This document shows, piece by piece, positions 55,099 through 63,411 of a stretch of DNA of 64,000 nucleotides. The stretch covers positions 12,064-76,063 of the IMG/VR virus record IMGVR_UViG_3300023174_000141; one strand, written 5' to 3'. Made by a program: the position numbers and the translations under genes. How positions within the stretch are numbered: position 1 is the first letter of the stretch; every line of letters starts with the position of its first letter. Below the pieces are notes generated by a model. That model searched no databases. It saw only the letters and a program-made list of their open reading frames with translations, and had not been told where the DNA came from. Source of the stretch: a virus.

Positions 55099-56054
55099 AG
55101 ATGCTCATCGACGCCGGCAAGTCGAGCCGCGGCTGGAGCCGCGTCGGCAACTTCGCGAAGTGCCCCCAGCTCTTCGCCTACCACTACCGCATCGACGACG
55201 TGGACCTCGCGCCGCCTATCGAGGCGCTCGCCAAGGGCTCCATCGGGCACGTCCTCCAGGCGCATCTGCACGCGCTCTGGGGCGCCACGCAGCGCGAAGG
55301 TGTGCGGGTGGACGAGACCCAGCACTACGACCCCAGCGTGTTCCTGGAGCCCGAGGACGCCGCGCAGGCGTGGTGCGACAAGTACGGCAGCCACGACCTG
55401 CTGCCGCAGATGCGCAAGGTGTTCCACGCCTACCTCGCGAAGTTCCCCGAGCGTCCCGGCGACATCATAGCCGTGGAGTCCCCGGTCACCGCCGTACTGG
55501 GCAACCTGCGAGGGGAGTGGGGTCTGTGGGTCGCTGAGGAGAAGGGCGGCGAGTGGCGGAGCCCCGACGGTGCCACCATCGAGGTGACGCCCTTAAACGC
55601 GCCCGACCACCGAGAGCATGGGCGTCCCATCACGCTCACTCGCCGCTTAGACCTCGTAACCCGCGACAAGTCCGGCCGCTACTACATCTGGGACCACAAG
55701 CACCAGGCCAGCGTGAACGCGAAGAGCAGCGCCACGGCCTACGCCATCGACGGCGGCTTCGCGGCGTTCCGCATCATGGGCAAGCAGCTCTACGGCGAGG
55801 CGTTCGGCGGCCTCACCCTCAACCTCATCTGCTCGACGCAGCCCGGCAAGGTCGTGCGTGAGCAGGTGCCCTCGACGCCCCACCGGGACGCCCACTTCGC
55901 GAAGTGGCTGTGGTGGGCGGAGCACCAGATCGCCCTGCTCGACCGCACGGTCGACCCTTGGGAGTGGCCGAAGGCTCAGAATGAGCTCTCGTGTTACGGA
56001 CGGTATGGAGCCTGCGACGGGCTCAACCTCTGCTCCCTCGGCCCCTGCGGCTGA
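55095..56054 (+). CDS. PD-(D/E)XK nuclease, Cas4/RecB-like with probable Fe-S cluster
   Basis: CP..F.Y, G...H, AVE, RLDLV, WDHK and three C-terminal Cys (C......C.....C). Confidence 0.85.
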   Translation: MKMLIDAGKSSRGWSRVGNFAKCPQLFAYHYRIDDVDLAPPIEALAKGSIGHVLQAHLHALWGATQREGVRVDETQHYDPSVFLEPEDAAQAWCDKYGSHDLLPQMRKVFHAYLAKFPERPGDIIAVESPVTAVLGNLRGEWGLWVAEEKGGEWRSPDGATIEVTPLNAPDHREHGRPITLTRRLDLVTRDKSGRYYIWDHKHQASVNAKSSATAYAIDGGFAAFRIMGKQLYGEAFGGLTLNLICSTQPGKVVREQVPSTPHRDAHFAKWLWWAEHQIALLDRTVDPWEWPKAQNELSCYGRYGACDGLNLCSLGPCG

Positions 56055-56115
56055 GGGTGTGCGTCTCGTCGTGCTTGGCCCTACGACGAGAAAGACCACC
56101 GGGCCGGAGACCACC

Positions 56116-57108
56116 ATGACCACCAGCAACCACCCAGCGGTGATGATCACCGTCTACGGGAAGCCGAAGAAGAAGAAGACCAGCGACGTGCTGGCGGCTT
56201 TCCCCACCGCCCTCTGCATCGGAGTGCCGAGCGCCATCGCGCTCGTCGCCGAGAACGAGCTGGGCTTCACCCCGGCCATCCACCCCGAGCCGCCGCAGAC
56301 GCTGCCCGAGCTCGTGGGGCTCCTCGAGTACCTCTCGCACAGCGGGCTCGCGAAGCAGTACGGCGCCATCTTCATCGACGACGCGAGCCACATCTGTGAC
56401 CGCAGCCTCGCCGTCTGGCACGAGGAGGCGCCGCTCGGGAAGAGCGGGAAGAAGGACAAGTTCTACGCCTACCAGCAGCTCAACAAGTACCTGCTGGCGA
56501 TGTCGGGCCTCGCCCGGCACATGGGCGTGCACCTCATCTTCACGTTCCACGAGCGCGCCCCGGGCACGGACAGCGACGGCTTCTTCCAGCCGGGCGGCCC
56601 GAGCCTCGGCTCGAGGAAGCAGACCGAGGTGCTGCCGTCCTGGTGCGACATCAACGTCCGCGCGATGGTCGACTCGACCTACCCCGACCCGTGGTTCCCG
56701 GGCGTCTACTTCTGCGACCCGACGAACCCTGAGTGGGTGACGGGCGACCGCACGGGCGTGTGCTGGGGGAAGACCCCTGGCAACCTGCGCGAGATCCTCC
56801 GGGCTGCTGCCGGCGGGTACGTCCCGGCGCGCGTGCCTGGGCTCGAGTGGCAGGACGATGTAGCCGAGGAGCTCTGCGAGAAGATCCTGGCGACCGGCGA
56901 TATCAATGGTTCTATCAAGGCTATCTCCGAGTCGAACCCACGCTTCAGCGACGGAACTTCGCAGATTCATCTTCGCTGGGCTTGCCAAGACGGTATCGCC
57001 CGGGCTACCTTCAAGAAGCGCAAGGCGAGGAACCTCTTCGACCTCGCGCCCAAGGACGAGCCCAAGAAGAGCTCTGGAGTGCCACTCCCGGTCCCTTCCG
57101 CAGGGTAG
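56116..57108 (+). CDS. AAA_24 / Sak4-like P-loop protein
   Basis: ITVYGKPKKKKTS (variant Walker A), IFIDDAS, HLIFTFHE. Lies between the nuclease and SSB genes. Confidence 0.75.
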   Translation: MTTSNHPAVMITVYGKPKKKKTSDVLAAFPTALCIGVPSAIALVAENELGFTPAIHPEPPQTLPELVGLLEYLSHSGLAKQYGAIFIDDASHICDRSLAVWHEEAPLGKSGKKDKFYAYQQLNKYLLAMSGLARHMGVHLIFTFHERAPGTDSDGFFQPGGPSLGSRKQTEVLPSWCDINVRAMVDSTYPDPWFPGVYFCDPTNPEWVTGDRTGVCWGKTPGNLREILRAAAGGYVPARVPGLEWQDDVAEELCEKILATGDINGSIKAISESNPRFSDGTSQIHLRWACQDGIARATFKKRKARNLFDLAPKDEPKKSSGVPLPVPSAG

Positions 57109-57153
57109 TCTGCGGCATCATCAACCACCAAGACCACCACGAGGTACATCATC

Positions 57154-57768
57154 ATGTCGTTCAACATCTCCGGCGCCAGCTTCAAGGGCGTCTCCACCCT
57201 CGGCGCCTCCCAGCCCGAGGCCGGCTACTACGAGGTCTCCGGCCTCCAGATCGAGCAGAAGGCCGGCGACAAGGCTGACGCCCGTCGCTTCCACGTCGAG
57301 TTCCCGAACGGGTTCAAGATGTTCGAGTTCCTCCACCTCCCGGTGGACGGCCTGGACAAGAAGGCGTTCGGCGGTCGCCTCGCTGCGATGAAGACCATCC
57401 TCGCCAGCTTCGGCTTCAGCAACGAGGACATCGAGAGCAACGACATCTCCGACGCATGGTTCGTGTCGGCGAGCAACGGCGGGCGCAAGGCCTACGTCGA
57501 GTTCGTGCCCGGCCAGCAGGGCGTGCAGGGCAGCTACGCCCGCATCAACAAGTTCCTCACGAAGGAGCAGTACGAGAAGGCCGTCGCGTCGGGCGCCAAG
57601 CCCGTGTCCCGCGATGGTGGCGGTGTCCCCCAGACCCGCCCGTCTGTCCCCGGCACCGTTCCCGTCGCTCCCTCCGCGGCGGCTGGTCGTCCGGTCAGCA
57701 CGGTGGCCCCGGCGCCCGCCGAGTCCATGCGACTGCCCCCGCCCCCCGCGGTCGGAGTGGCGCGCTGA
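57154..57768 (+). CDS. putative single-stranded DNA-binding protein
   Basis: P.AG.Y.V N-terminus, Y.RI.KF, Pro/Ala tail. Strong codon bias, located after the Sak4-like gene. Confidence 0.65.
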   Translation: MSFNISGASFKGVSTLGASQPEAGYYEVSGLQIEQKAGDKADARRFHVEFPNGFKMFEFLHLPVDGLDKKAFGGRLAAMKTILASFGFSNEDIESNDISDAWFVSASNGGRKAYVEFVPGQQGVQGSYARINKFLTKEQYEKAVASGAKPVSRDGGGVPQTRPSVPGTVPVAPSAAAGRPVSTVAPAPAESMRLPPPPAVGVAR

Positions 57769-57772
57769 ACTG

Positions 57773-57874
57773 CCCCTGACGAGGGGATCGTAGACCTGGG
57801 ACTGCAACAAGTGTCTACCCAGCTCCGTTGAGTAGACACTCCTTGCAGCTCATTCCCAGCGAGACCGTAGGCTC
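57773..57874 (+). ncRNA. candidate structured RNA or processing hairpin
   Basis: Nested pairings CTGGGA/TCCCAG, CTGCAA/TTGCAG and AGTGTCTAC/GTAGACACT, plus flanking small hairpins. Confidence 0.45.
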
Positions 57875-57875
57875 G

Positions 57876-57906
57876 GCCCCGCCCTCGTGGCGGGGCGTTT
57901 GCGTTT
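57876..57906 (+). terminator. intrinsic terminator
   Basis: GCCCCGCC/GGCGGGGC stem followed by GTTTGCGTTT. Confidence 0.65.
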
Positions 57907-57936
57907 GTGATACCATCGGCACGACCGAGGCACACG

Positions 57937-58365
57937 ATGCTCCCTGCGCTGCTGAACCTGTGGGCTGACCTGCGCGCTGCGCACCACCTCTACTGGACGC
58001 TGCACTGGCAGAGCCGTGGGCCCTCGTTCTACGGGGACCACAGCCTCTTCGCCGGGCTCTACCAGGAGAAGGCGGAGCAGGTCGACGCGCTGGCGGAGAT
58101 CATCGCGGCCCACTACGGCAGCGACAAGCTCGACCCCATCAAGGCGTGGCAGGAAGCCCTGCCGAAGATCGAGCATCTGGTCGGGTGCCAGAGCGCGGTG
58201 AAGATCGCCGAGTACGTCATCGGCTGCTGCGAGAGCACCAACGAGCTCATCCTCGAGAGCGGCGAGTGCCCCTACCCCGCGGGTCTCAGCAACTTCGTGA
58301 GCGACCTGTCCACGAAGAACATCAAGGACCTGTACATGCTCAAGCAGCGCTTCGGCGCGAAGTAG
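57937..58365 (+). CDS. dps: Dps/ferritin-like protein
   Basis: HW..RG.SF...H.LF..LY......D.LAE ferroxidase signature. Confidence 0.85.
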   Translation: MLPALLNLWADLRAAHHLYWTLHWQSRGPSFYGDHSLFAGLYQEKAEQVDALAEIIAAHYGSDKLDPIKAWQEALPKIEHLVGCQSAVKIAEYVIGCCESTNELILESGECPYPAGLSNFVSDLSTKNIKDLYMLKQRFGAK

Positions 58366-58373
58366 GAGACACC

Positions 58374-58628
58374 ATGCCCAAGCCCGGACCTGAGCTCGAG
58401 ACCATGCCGGCGGCCGAGCCCGCGAAGAAGGCGAAGACCATCAGCGAGCAGCTCACCGACATGCAGGCTGAGATGAAGGGCATCGCCGACGAGGAGTCGA
58501 AGAAGCCCTTCGGCGGCAACCTCCGCGGCGCCATCAACAAGATGAAGGCGAAGGCGGCAGAGGAGGACCAGAAGGTCCGCGACTATGCCGAGAACGCGGC
58601 GAAGAGCCTGCCCACCAAGGGCGCCTGA
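58374..58628 (+). CDS. hypothetical protein
   Basis: RBS AGGAG. Confidence 0.7.
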   Translation: MPKPGPELETMPAAEPAKKAKTISEQLTDMQAEMKGIADEESKKPFGGNLRGAINKMKAKAAEEDQKVRDYAENAAKSLPTKGA

Positions 58629-58669
58629 GAGGTCTTGACTTGACGCTTCGGTAGAGATACTGGAGCGGC

Positions 58670-59107
58670 ATGGACACCGACCTCATGTTCTCCTCGGCCA
58701 CGGACCAGTGGGCGACGCCGCAGGCGTTCTTCGACCAGTGGAACGAGGTCTTCCGGTTCACGCTCGACGTGTGCGCGGACGCCGACAACGCGAAGTGCGC
58801 TCGGTACTTCACGCGCGAGGACGACGGGCTGGCACAGGACTGGAGCCTGGACGTGTGCTGGATGAACCCGCCCTACGGCCGAGAGATCGGGCGCTGGGTG
58901 GCGAAGGCGTACCGGGAGAGCCGGGCCGGCGCCACTGTCGTCTGCCTGCTCCCCGCGCGCACTGACACGGCGTGGTGGCATGACTACGTCATCCCGATGG
59001 CGAAGGTGACGTTCATCCGCGGCCGGCTCAAGTTCGGGACGGCGACGAACAGCGCCCCGTTCCCGTCGGCCGTCGCTGTCTTCTACCCGCCGAAGGTGGC
59101 CTCGTGA
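58670..59107 (+). CDS. dam: phage DNA N6-adenine methyltransferase (T1/HP1 Dam-type)
   Basis: D.W.TP..FF, FTLDVCA, DGL...W, WMNPPY, LLPARTDT.WW and FIRGRLKF motifs. Confidence 0.92.
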   Translation: MDTDLMFSSATDQWATPQAFFDQWNEVFRFTLDVCADADNAKCARYFTREDDGLAQDWSLDVCWMNPPYGREIGRWVAKAYRESRAGATVVCLLPARTDTAWWHDYVIPMAKVTFIRGRLKFGTATNSAPFPSAVAVFYPPKVAS

Positions 59108-62100
59108 GCTACGACCCCCGCGCCTGTGGCGCCCGCTGCGACGTGTGCCCGCTGGGCCCCAACGGCTCTCACCGCACCGGGGCGTGGCAGCCTGTTGCAC
59201 CTGAGATGCATGAAGGCGCGACCATCCTCGCCGTGGCCGAGATGCCGGGGCACGACGAGGCTAGCTTCGGCCGTCCCCTGTCGGGGCGCAGCGGCAGCGA
59301 GTGGAACCTCGCGCTGCTCGCCGCCGGGAAGAAGCGCACCGACGTCGACCTCACGCACGTCGTGGCGTGCTCGGCTGGCGCGGACAAGAACGCCTGGGAG
59401 AAGCTGCACAAGGCTCTCGATAAGGAGAACAGGCGGCGACTCGCACAAGCGCAACCCCTCATCCCCGATCCTACCTCGTGCTGCCGACCCAGGCTACTCG
59501 CTGAGACAGATCGTTACGAGCACATCATCACGCTGGGACGGGCTGCGGCCAACGCCCTGACGGCGAAGGCGCAGTCGGTGTTCGCCCTGCGCGGCGGCCC
59601 GGTGTGGGTGGACGAGAACTACCAGGCCCTCATGCAGACGCCTCTGGCGGGCGAGCAGAAGCCCGAGGGAGCGGTGCGCAAGGTCTTCCCTACCCTGCAT
59701 CCCGGCTTCGTCCAGAAGAGCCCTGGGTGGCGCACGACGATGGTGGCGGACCTGTCCAAGGCGCTGCGCTGGTTCGCAGGCCAGCTCCGGTGGACCGAGC
59801 CGGTGCGCTACCTCAACCCGACGCCCGACGAGCTCTGGCGCTTCCTCCACAACATCGAGGCCCCGTTCTGGGCATACGACCTCGAGACCGACGGCATCGA
59901 GGCGCTGACCTGTCAGGTCCGCTCCATCGCCATCGCGCACCCCGACCTCAACCACTTCGGCCGCGCGCTGCGCGAGGGTCAGATCGAGGCGCTGCGCTGC
60001 GGGGTCGTGGGGCTCAACATCCTCAGCGGCGACGGGGTGACCCGCTTCTACTCGCCCGAGGACGAGGCGCGCATCCACGACATCCTGCGCGAGTTCTTCC
60101 TCGACCCGACGAAGGTCAAGGTCGGGCACAACTGCCTCTACACGGGCACGCCGGTCATCCTCGCCGACGGCACATCGGCCCCCATCGAGAAGCTCGTGCG
60201 GTCGAAGTACGCGGGCGAGGTCATGGCGCTCGACCCGTGGGGTCGCATCGTCAAGGCTCGTGTGACCGACTGGTTCCGGCAGCGCGTCGAGAACCAGGAG
60301 TGGCTAGTCATCCGCCGAGAGGACGAGAAGGGCGGCGCCCGAGGGCTCACGCTGACCCCCGACCACGAGGTCTACACGCCGTCGGGTCGGGTGCGCGCGG
60401 ATCAGCTCACGGTAGGTGACAGCATCCTCTCCGACGAGTTCGAGTACTCGTGGGACGAACAGCAGGCCATCCTGGGCACGTTGCTCGGCGACAGCACGGC
60501 GCGGGCCTACTCGTCTCGCATGGTCGACGGCAAGGTTGTCTTGCACCGGCCCGACATGGCGGAGGCGGCGAAGGCCGTGCTTCGTGGCGGCCACGCCTCT
60601 CGCGAGCTCACGCACGAGAAGGCGCAGTGGCTTCGTGGGTTGACCGTGGCCTCCACCGTGGCGAAGGGTGGCTACAAGCCGGGCGCCGAGGCGCACACCT
60701 ACCGCACCTCGGCGAACCGGCAGGTCGCCGAGCTCGCTCGGCTCGTGTACGACGGAGCGAAGCGGCGCCTGCGGCCCGCAGTGCTCGACGCGCTGGGTCC
60801 GGTTGGCCTCGCGTGGCTCTACGCCGACGACGGGTTCAAGCACAAGCGAGGCGACAGGCGTCGCGAAGCGATGCTGATCGCGACGTGCGGGTTCCCGCGC
60901 GAGGACATCGAAGCCGCCCGTGACTGGTTCACCGGAAGGTTCGGCGCCACGGCCATCACAGGCAACGGGAGCCTGCGCCTCGGCGTCGAGGCGTCGCAGA
61001 GGTTCGCGGCGCACATCGCGCCGTACCTCCTTCCGGCCGCGCGCTACAAGCTCCCGAAGGGAGAGTGGCGTGAGTTCGCCGGGTTCCCGCGGCGCGCCGA
61101 CATGCCGCTGCCCGTTCGCGTCGAGAGCATCGAGCGGTTCGTCCCGGCGCGCGACACTGCGCGGCGGCGCGCCGAAGCCGACACGCGCTGGTGCATCCAG
61201 ACCACCGAGGGCAACTTCCTGACCGGCTTCGGCTTCGTCAAGAACTGCGGGTACTACGACCGGCAGGTCGTCGAGCAGTGGCTCGGCGTCACGCCGAAGC
61301 CCATCATCGACACGCTGTTCTCGGCGCGCTTCCGGGCGCCGGACCTGCCGAAGGGGCTGAAGTCGGTGGGCTCCGTGCTCGCCGACGTGGACCGCTGGGA
61401 GACGACCGAGAAGGGCGAGAGCCTCGCGCACGGCAAGGTCGACGACTGGGACCGCCTCGCCTACAACTGCACCGACAGCGCGGTGAACGCGCGCATCACG
61501 GTGCCGCTGCTCGACGCTGCGGAGGAGGCCGGCGCCTTCCGCGACCTGCCCGAGGAGCTCCGCCCGCCGGGCTGGGAGAGCCGCCGCTGGGACCTCCACG
61601 AGGTCGACCACGCCACGCAGGACATGTGCGTGAACCTCCACAAGATCGGCGTCTACGTCGACCAGGAGGCGCGCTTCAAGATGGAGATCGAGACGCGAGC
61701 CAGCGTCGAGAAGCGCGAGAAGAACCTCACGACGCTCGCGGTCGCAGTGGGCCTCGCCAAGCTCGACCTCAAGAGCGCCGGCGCCAACGACGACTCGGAC
61801 GTCGAGGGCATCCGGCCCGGTAGCGCCGACCAGATTCGCGACCTCCTCTACGAGAACTGGAAGCTGGGCATCCCGCCGAACATGGAGGCCCGGGACTTCT
61901 ACACCGAGTCCGGCATGCCGGGCACCGGCGACAAGGTGCTGCGTGGCCACCTCGCGGGCGGCCGACTGACGAAGCCGCAGGAGGACTTCATCCGCGAGCT
62001 GCGCCTGTACCGCCGGGAGAAGAACAAGATCCTCGGCACCGTGCTGCTTCCCCTAAACCTTCGCGCCCACGATCCGAAGAAGGGCATCATCTGGCATCAC

Positions 62101-63051
62101 GACGGCCGCGTGCGCTCCACCTGGAACGCGCACGTCACGGCCCCGGGGCGCTTGTCTTCGAGCGGACCCAACCTCCAGAACATCGGCAGTCGGAAGGGGC
62201 AGGGCAAGCTCAAGACCCTGTTCGCGGCGCAGCCCGGTCACCTCCTCGTCGGGGCGGACCTCGACCAAGCGCACCTCCGCATCACGGCGAGCTACTGGAA
62301 GATCCCGCTGCTGCTCGAGTGCTTCAGCGAGGGGAAGGACCCGCACAACACGCTGGCGTACCAGGTCTTCGGGGACAAGTTCAAGGCCGCGGACGGCTGG
62401 GGACCCGAGGGGTTCAGCCTCTACCGCAAGCCGCCGGGCGGCATGGCGAAGGCGATGCGCGACGTCATGAAGACATTTCGTTACGCGTCAATTTATTGGG
62501 CCGACCCGATGACGGTCTGGCAGGTGCTGACCTCGACCGAGGCCGACAACGGCGAGATGCCGTACCTGCACATGACCTCGAAGGAGGTGCGCCACTTCCA
62601 CGAGACGTGGCTCAAGACCGAGCCCGAGTGGATGCAGGCGTGGGACGCGATGCTCTCCATCTACCGCCACCAGGGGTACATGGAGGAGCCGGTCTTCGGC
62701 CGGCGCTCCGGCAACCTCACGGACGGGAAGAAGAACGAGGTGGTCAACTTCCCCATCCTCGCGGCGGAGACGAGCATCATGCGTGTCGCCGAGCAGCACA
62801 TCGTCCATGCCTTCCCGTGGGACCTCGACCGCCGGCTCGGGCTCATCCACCAGTGCCACGACTCCGTCGCCATCGAGGTGAAGGCGCCGCCGGGCCTCGA
62901 GAAGTGGAAGCCGACGAAGGGCGAGCCGCTGCCGCCGGAGCTCGAGCGGATGCGCAAGACCCTCGAGGAATGCATGACTGTGCGGGTTCCTGGCTGGGAA
63001 GTGCCATGCACCGCCGAGGCATCTGTCGGCAGGAATCTCAAAGAGGCTTGA
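59104..63051 (+). CDS. polA: family A DNA polymerase with N-terminal UDG-like domain and 3'-5' exonuclease, intein-containing
   Basis: UDG family-4-like C..C, E.PG..E...G.P..G.SG, HP. Exonuclease DLET and HN|CGYYD. Polymerase GRLSS..PNLQN, motif A D..Q..LR, motif B R...K...Y...Y, motif C HDS. Confidence 0.93.
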   Translation: MSYDPRACGARCDVCPLGPNGSHRTGAWQPVAPEMHEGATILAVAEMPGHDEASFGRPLSGRSGSEWNLALLAAGKKRTDVDLTHVVACSAGADKNAWEKLHKALDKENRRRLAQAQPLIPDPTSCCRPRLLAETDRYEHIITLGRAAANALTAKAQSVFALRGGPVWVDENYQALMQTPLAGEQKPEGAVRKVFPTLHPGFVQKSPGWRTTMVADLSKALRWFAGQLRWTEPVRYLNPTPDELWRFLHNIEAPFWAYDLETDGIEALTCQVRSIAIAHPDLNHFGRALREGQIEALRCGVVGLNILSGDGVTRFYSPEDEARIHDILREFFLDPTKVKVGHNCLYTGTPVILADGTSAPIEKLVRSKYAGEVMALDPWGRIVKARVTDWFRQRVENQEWLVIRREDEKGGARGLTLTPDHEVYTPSGRVRADQLTVGDSILSDEFEYSWDEQQAILGTLLGDSTARAYSSRMVDGKVVLHRPDMAEAAKAVLRGGHASRELTHEKAQWLRGLTVASTVAKGGYKPGAEAHTYRTSANRQVAELARLVYDGAKRRLRPAVLDALGPVGLAWLYADDGFKHKRGDRRREAMLIATCGFPREDIEAARDWFTGRFGATAITGNGSLRLGVEASQRFAAHIAPYLLPAARYKLPKGEWREFAGFPRRADMPLPVRVESIERFVPARDTARRRAEADTRWCIQTTEGNFLTGFGFVKNCGYYDRQVVEQWLGVTPKPIIDTLFSARFRAPDLPKGLKSVGSVLADVDRWETTEKGESLAHGKVDDWDRLAYNCTDSAVNARITVPLLDAAEEAGAFRDLPEELRPPGWESRRWDLHEVDHATQDMCVNLHKIGVYVDQEARFKMEIETRASVEKREKNLTTLAVAVGLAKLDLKSAGANDDSDVEGIRPGSADQIRDLLYENWKLGIPPNMEARDFYTESGMPGTGDKVLRGHLAGGRLTKPQEDFIRELRLYRREKNKILGTVLLPLNLRAHDPKKGIIWHHDGRVRSTWNAHVTAPGRLSSSGPNLQNIGSRKGQGKLKTLFAAQPGHLLVGADLDQAHLRITASYWKIPLLLECFSEGKDPHNTLAYQVFGDKFKAADGWGPEGFSLYRKPPGGMAKAMRDVMKTFRYASIYWADPMTVWQVLTSTEADNGEMPYLHMTSKEVRHFHETWLKTEPEWMQAWDAMLSIYRHQGYMEEPVFGRRSGNLTDGKKNEVVNFPILAAETSIMRVAEQHIVHAFPWDLDRRLGLIHQCHDSVAIEVKAPPGLEKWKPTKGEPLPPELERMRKTLEECMTVRVPGWEVPCTAEASVGRNLKEA
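60133..61245 (+). mobile_element. intein (371 aa) with LAGLIDADG endonuclease
   Basis: Begins CLYTGT, contains TPDH, ILGTLLGDS and LAWLYADDG, ends GFVKN with Cys+1. Confidence 0.9.
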
Positions 63052-63077
63052 CGCTTCGGTAGGTACAGCGATAGGAT
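63048..63077 (+). promoter_or_regulatory. sigma70-type promoter
   Basis: TTGACG-18 bp-TAGGAT, followed by the RBS AGGAGG. Confidence 0.6.
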
Positions 63078-63177
63078 GAGTTCACCACCAAGGAGGACTC
63101 ATGACCGAACTGCTGGACATCACGATGTGGCTGCTGGACAGGCTCGCGGACCTCGCGCGCCTCGTCGGGAGGTGGCC

Positions 63178-63411
63178 GTGACCGGCGACGTGAACTGGCT
63201 CCGCGCCGAGGTGGCGTGGCTCCGCACGCCGATCCTGCACACCGAGCCGTGCGCCAACTGCGGGCACACGAAGTTCCGCCACCCAGAGTGTCGGGACATC
63301 CGCACGGACAACGACATGACGAAGTGCTGGGGCCGCGGGTTCGACTGCGACGACTGCCCCGAACGCTGCGAGAGGTTCGTCCGATTCACGCACGATGGGG
63401 GGAAGCCATGA
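63178..63411 (+). CDS. small Cys/His-rich (zinc-binding) protein
   Basis: CANCGH...H...C...C..C..F. GTGA overlap with a 26-aa upstream ORF (63101-63181). Confidence 0.6.
   Translation: MTGDVNWLRAEVAWLRTPILHTEPCANCGHTKFRHPECRDIRTDNDMTKCWGRGFDCDDCPERCERFVRFTHDGGKP

Noticed and set aside
55095-56054. Cas4-like nuclease as evidence of a CRISPR system
   Set aside because: No repeat-spacer array or other cas genes were seen. The context is a phage recombination module.
8179-57914. TGT(T/G)ATA motif about 25-35 bp upstream of several genes (8180, 21847, 41367, 51420-51426 on the minus strand, 57906) as a phage-specific promoter class
   Set aside because: Largely explained as ordinary extended -10 (TGnTAnnnT-like) elements for host sigma70, and no phage sigma factor or RNAP is visible.
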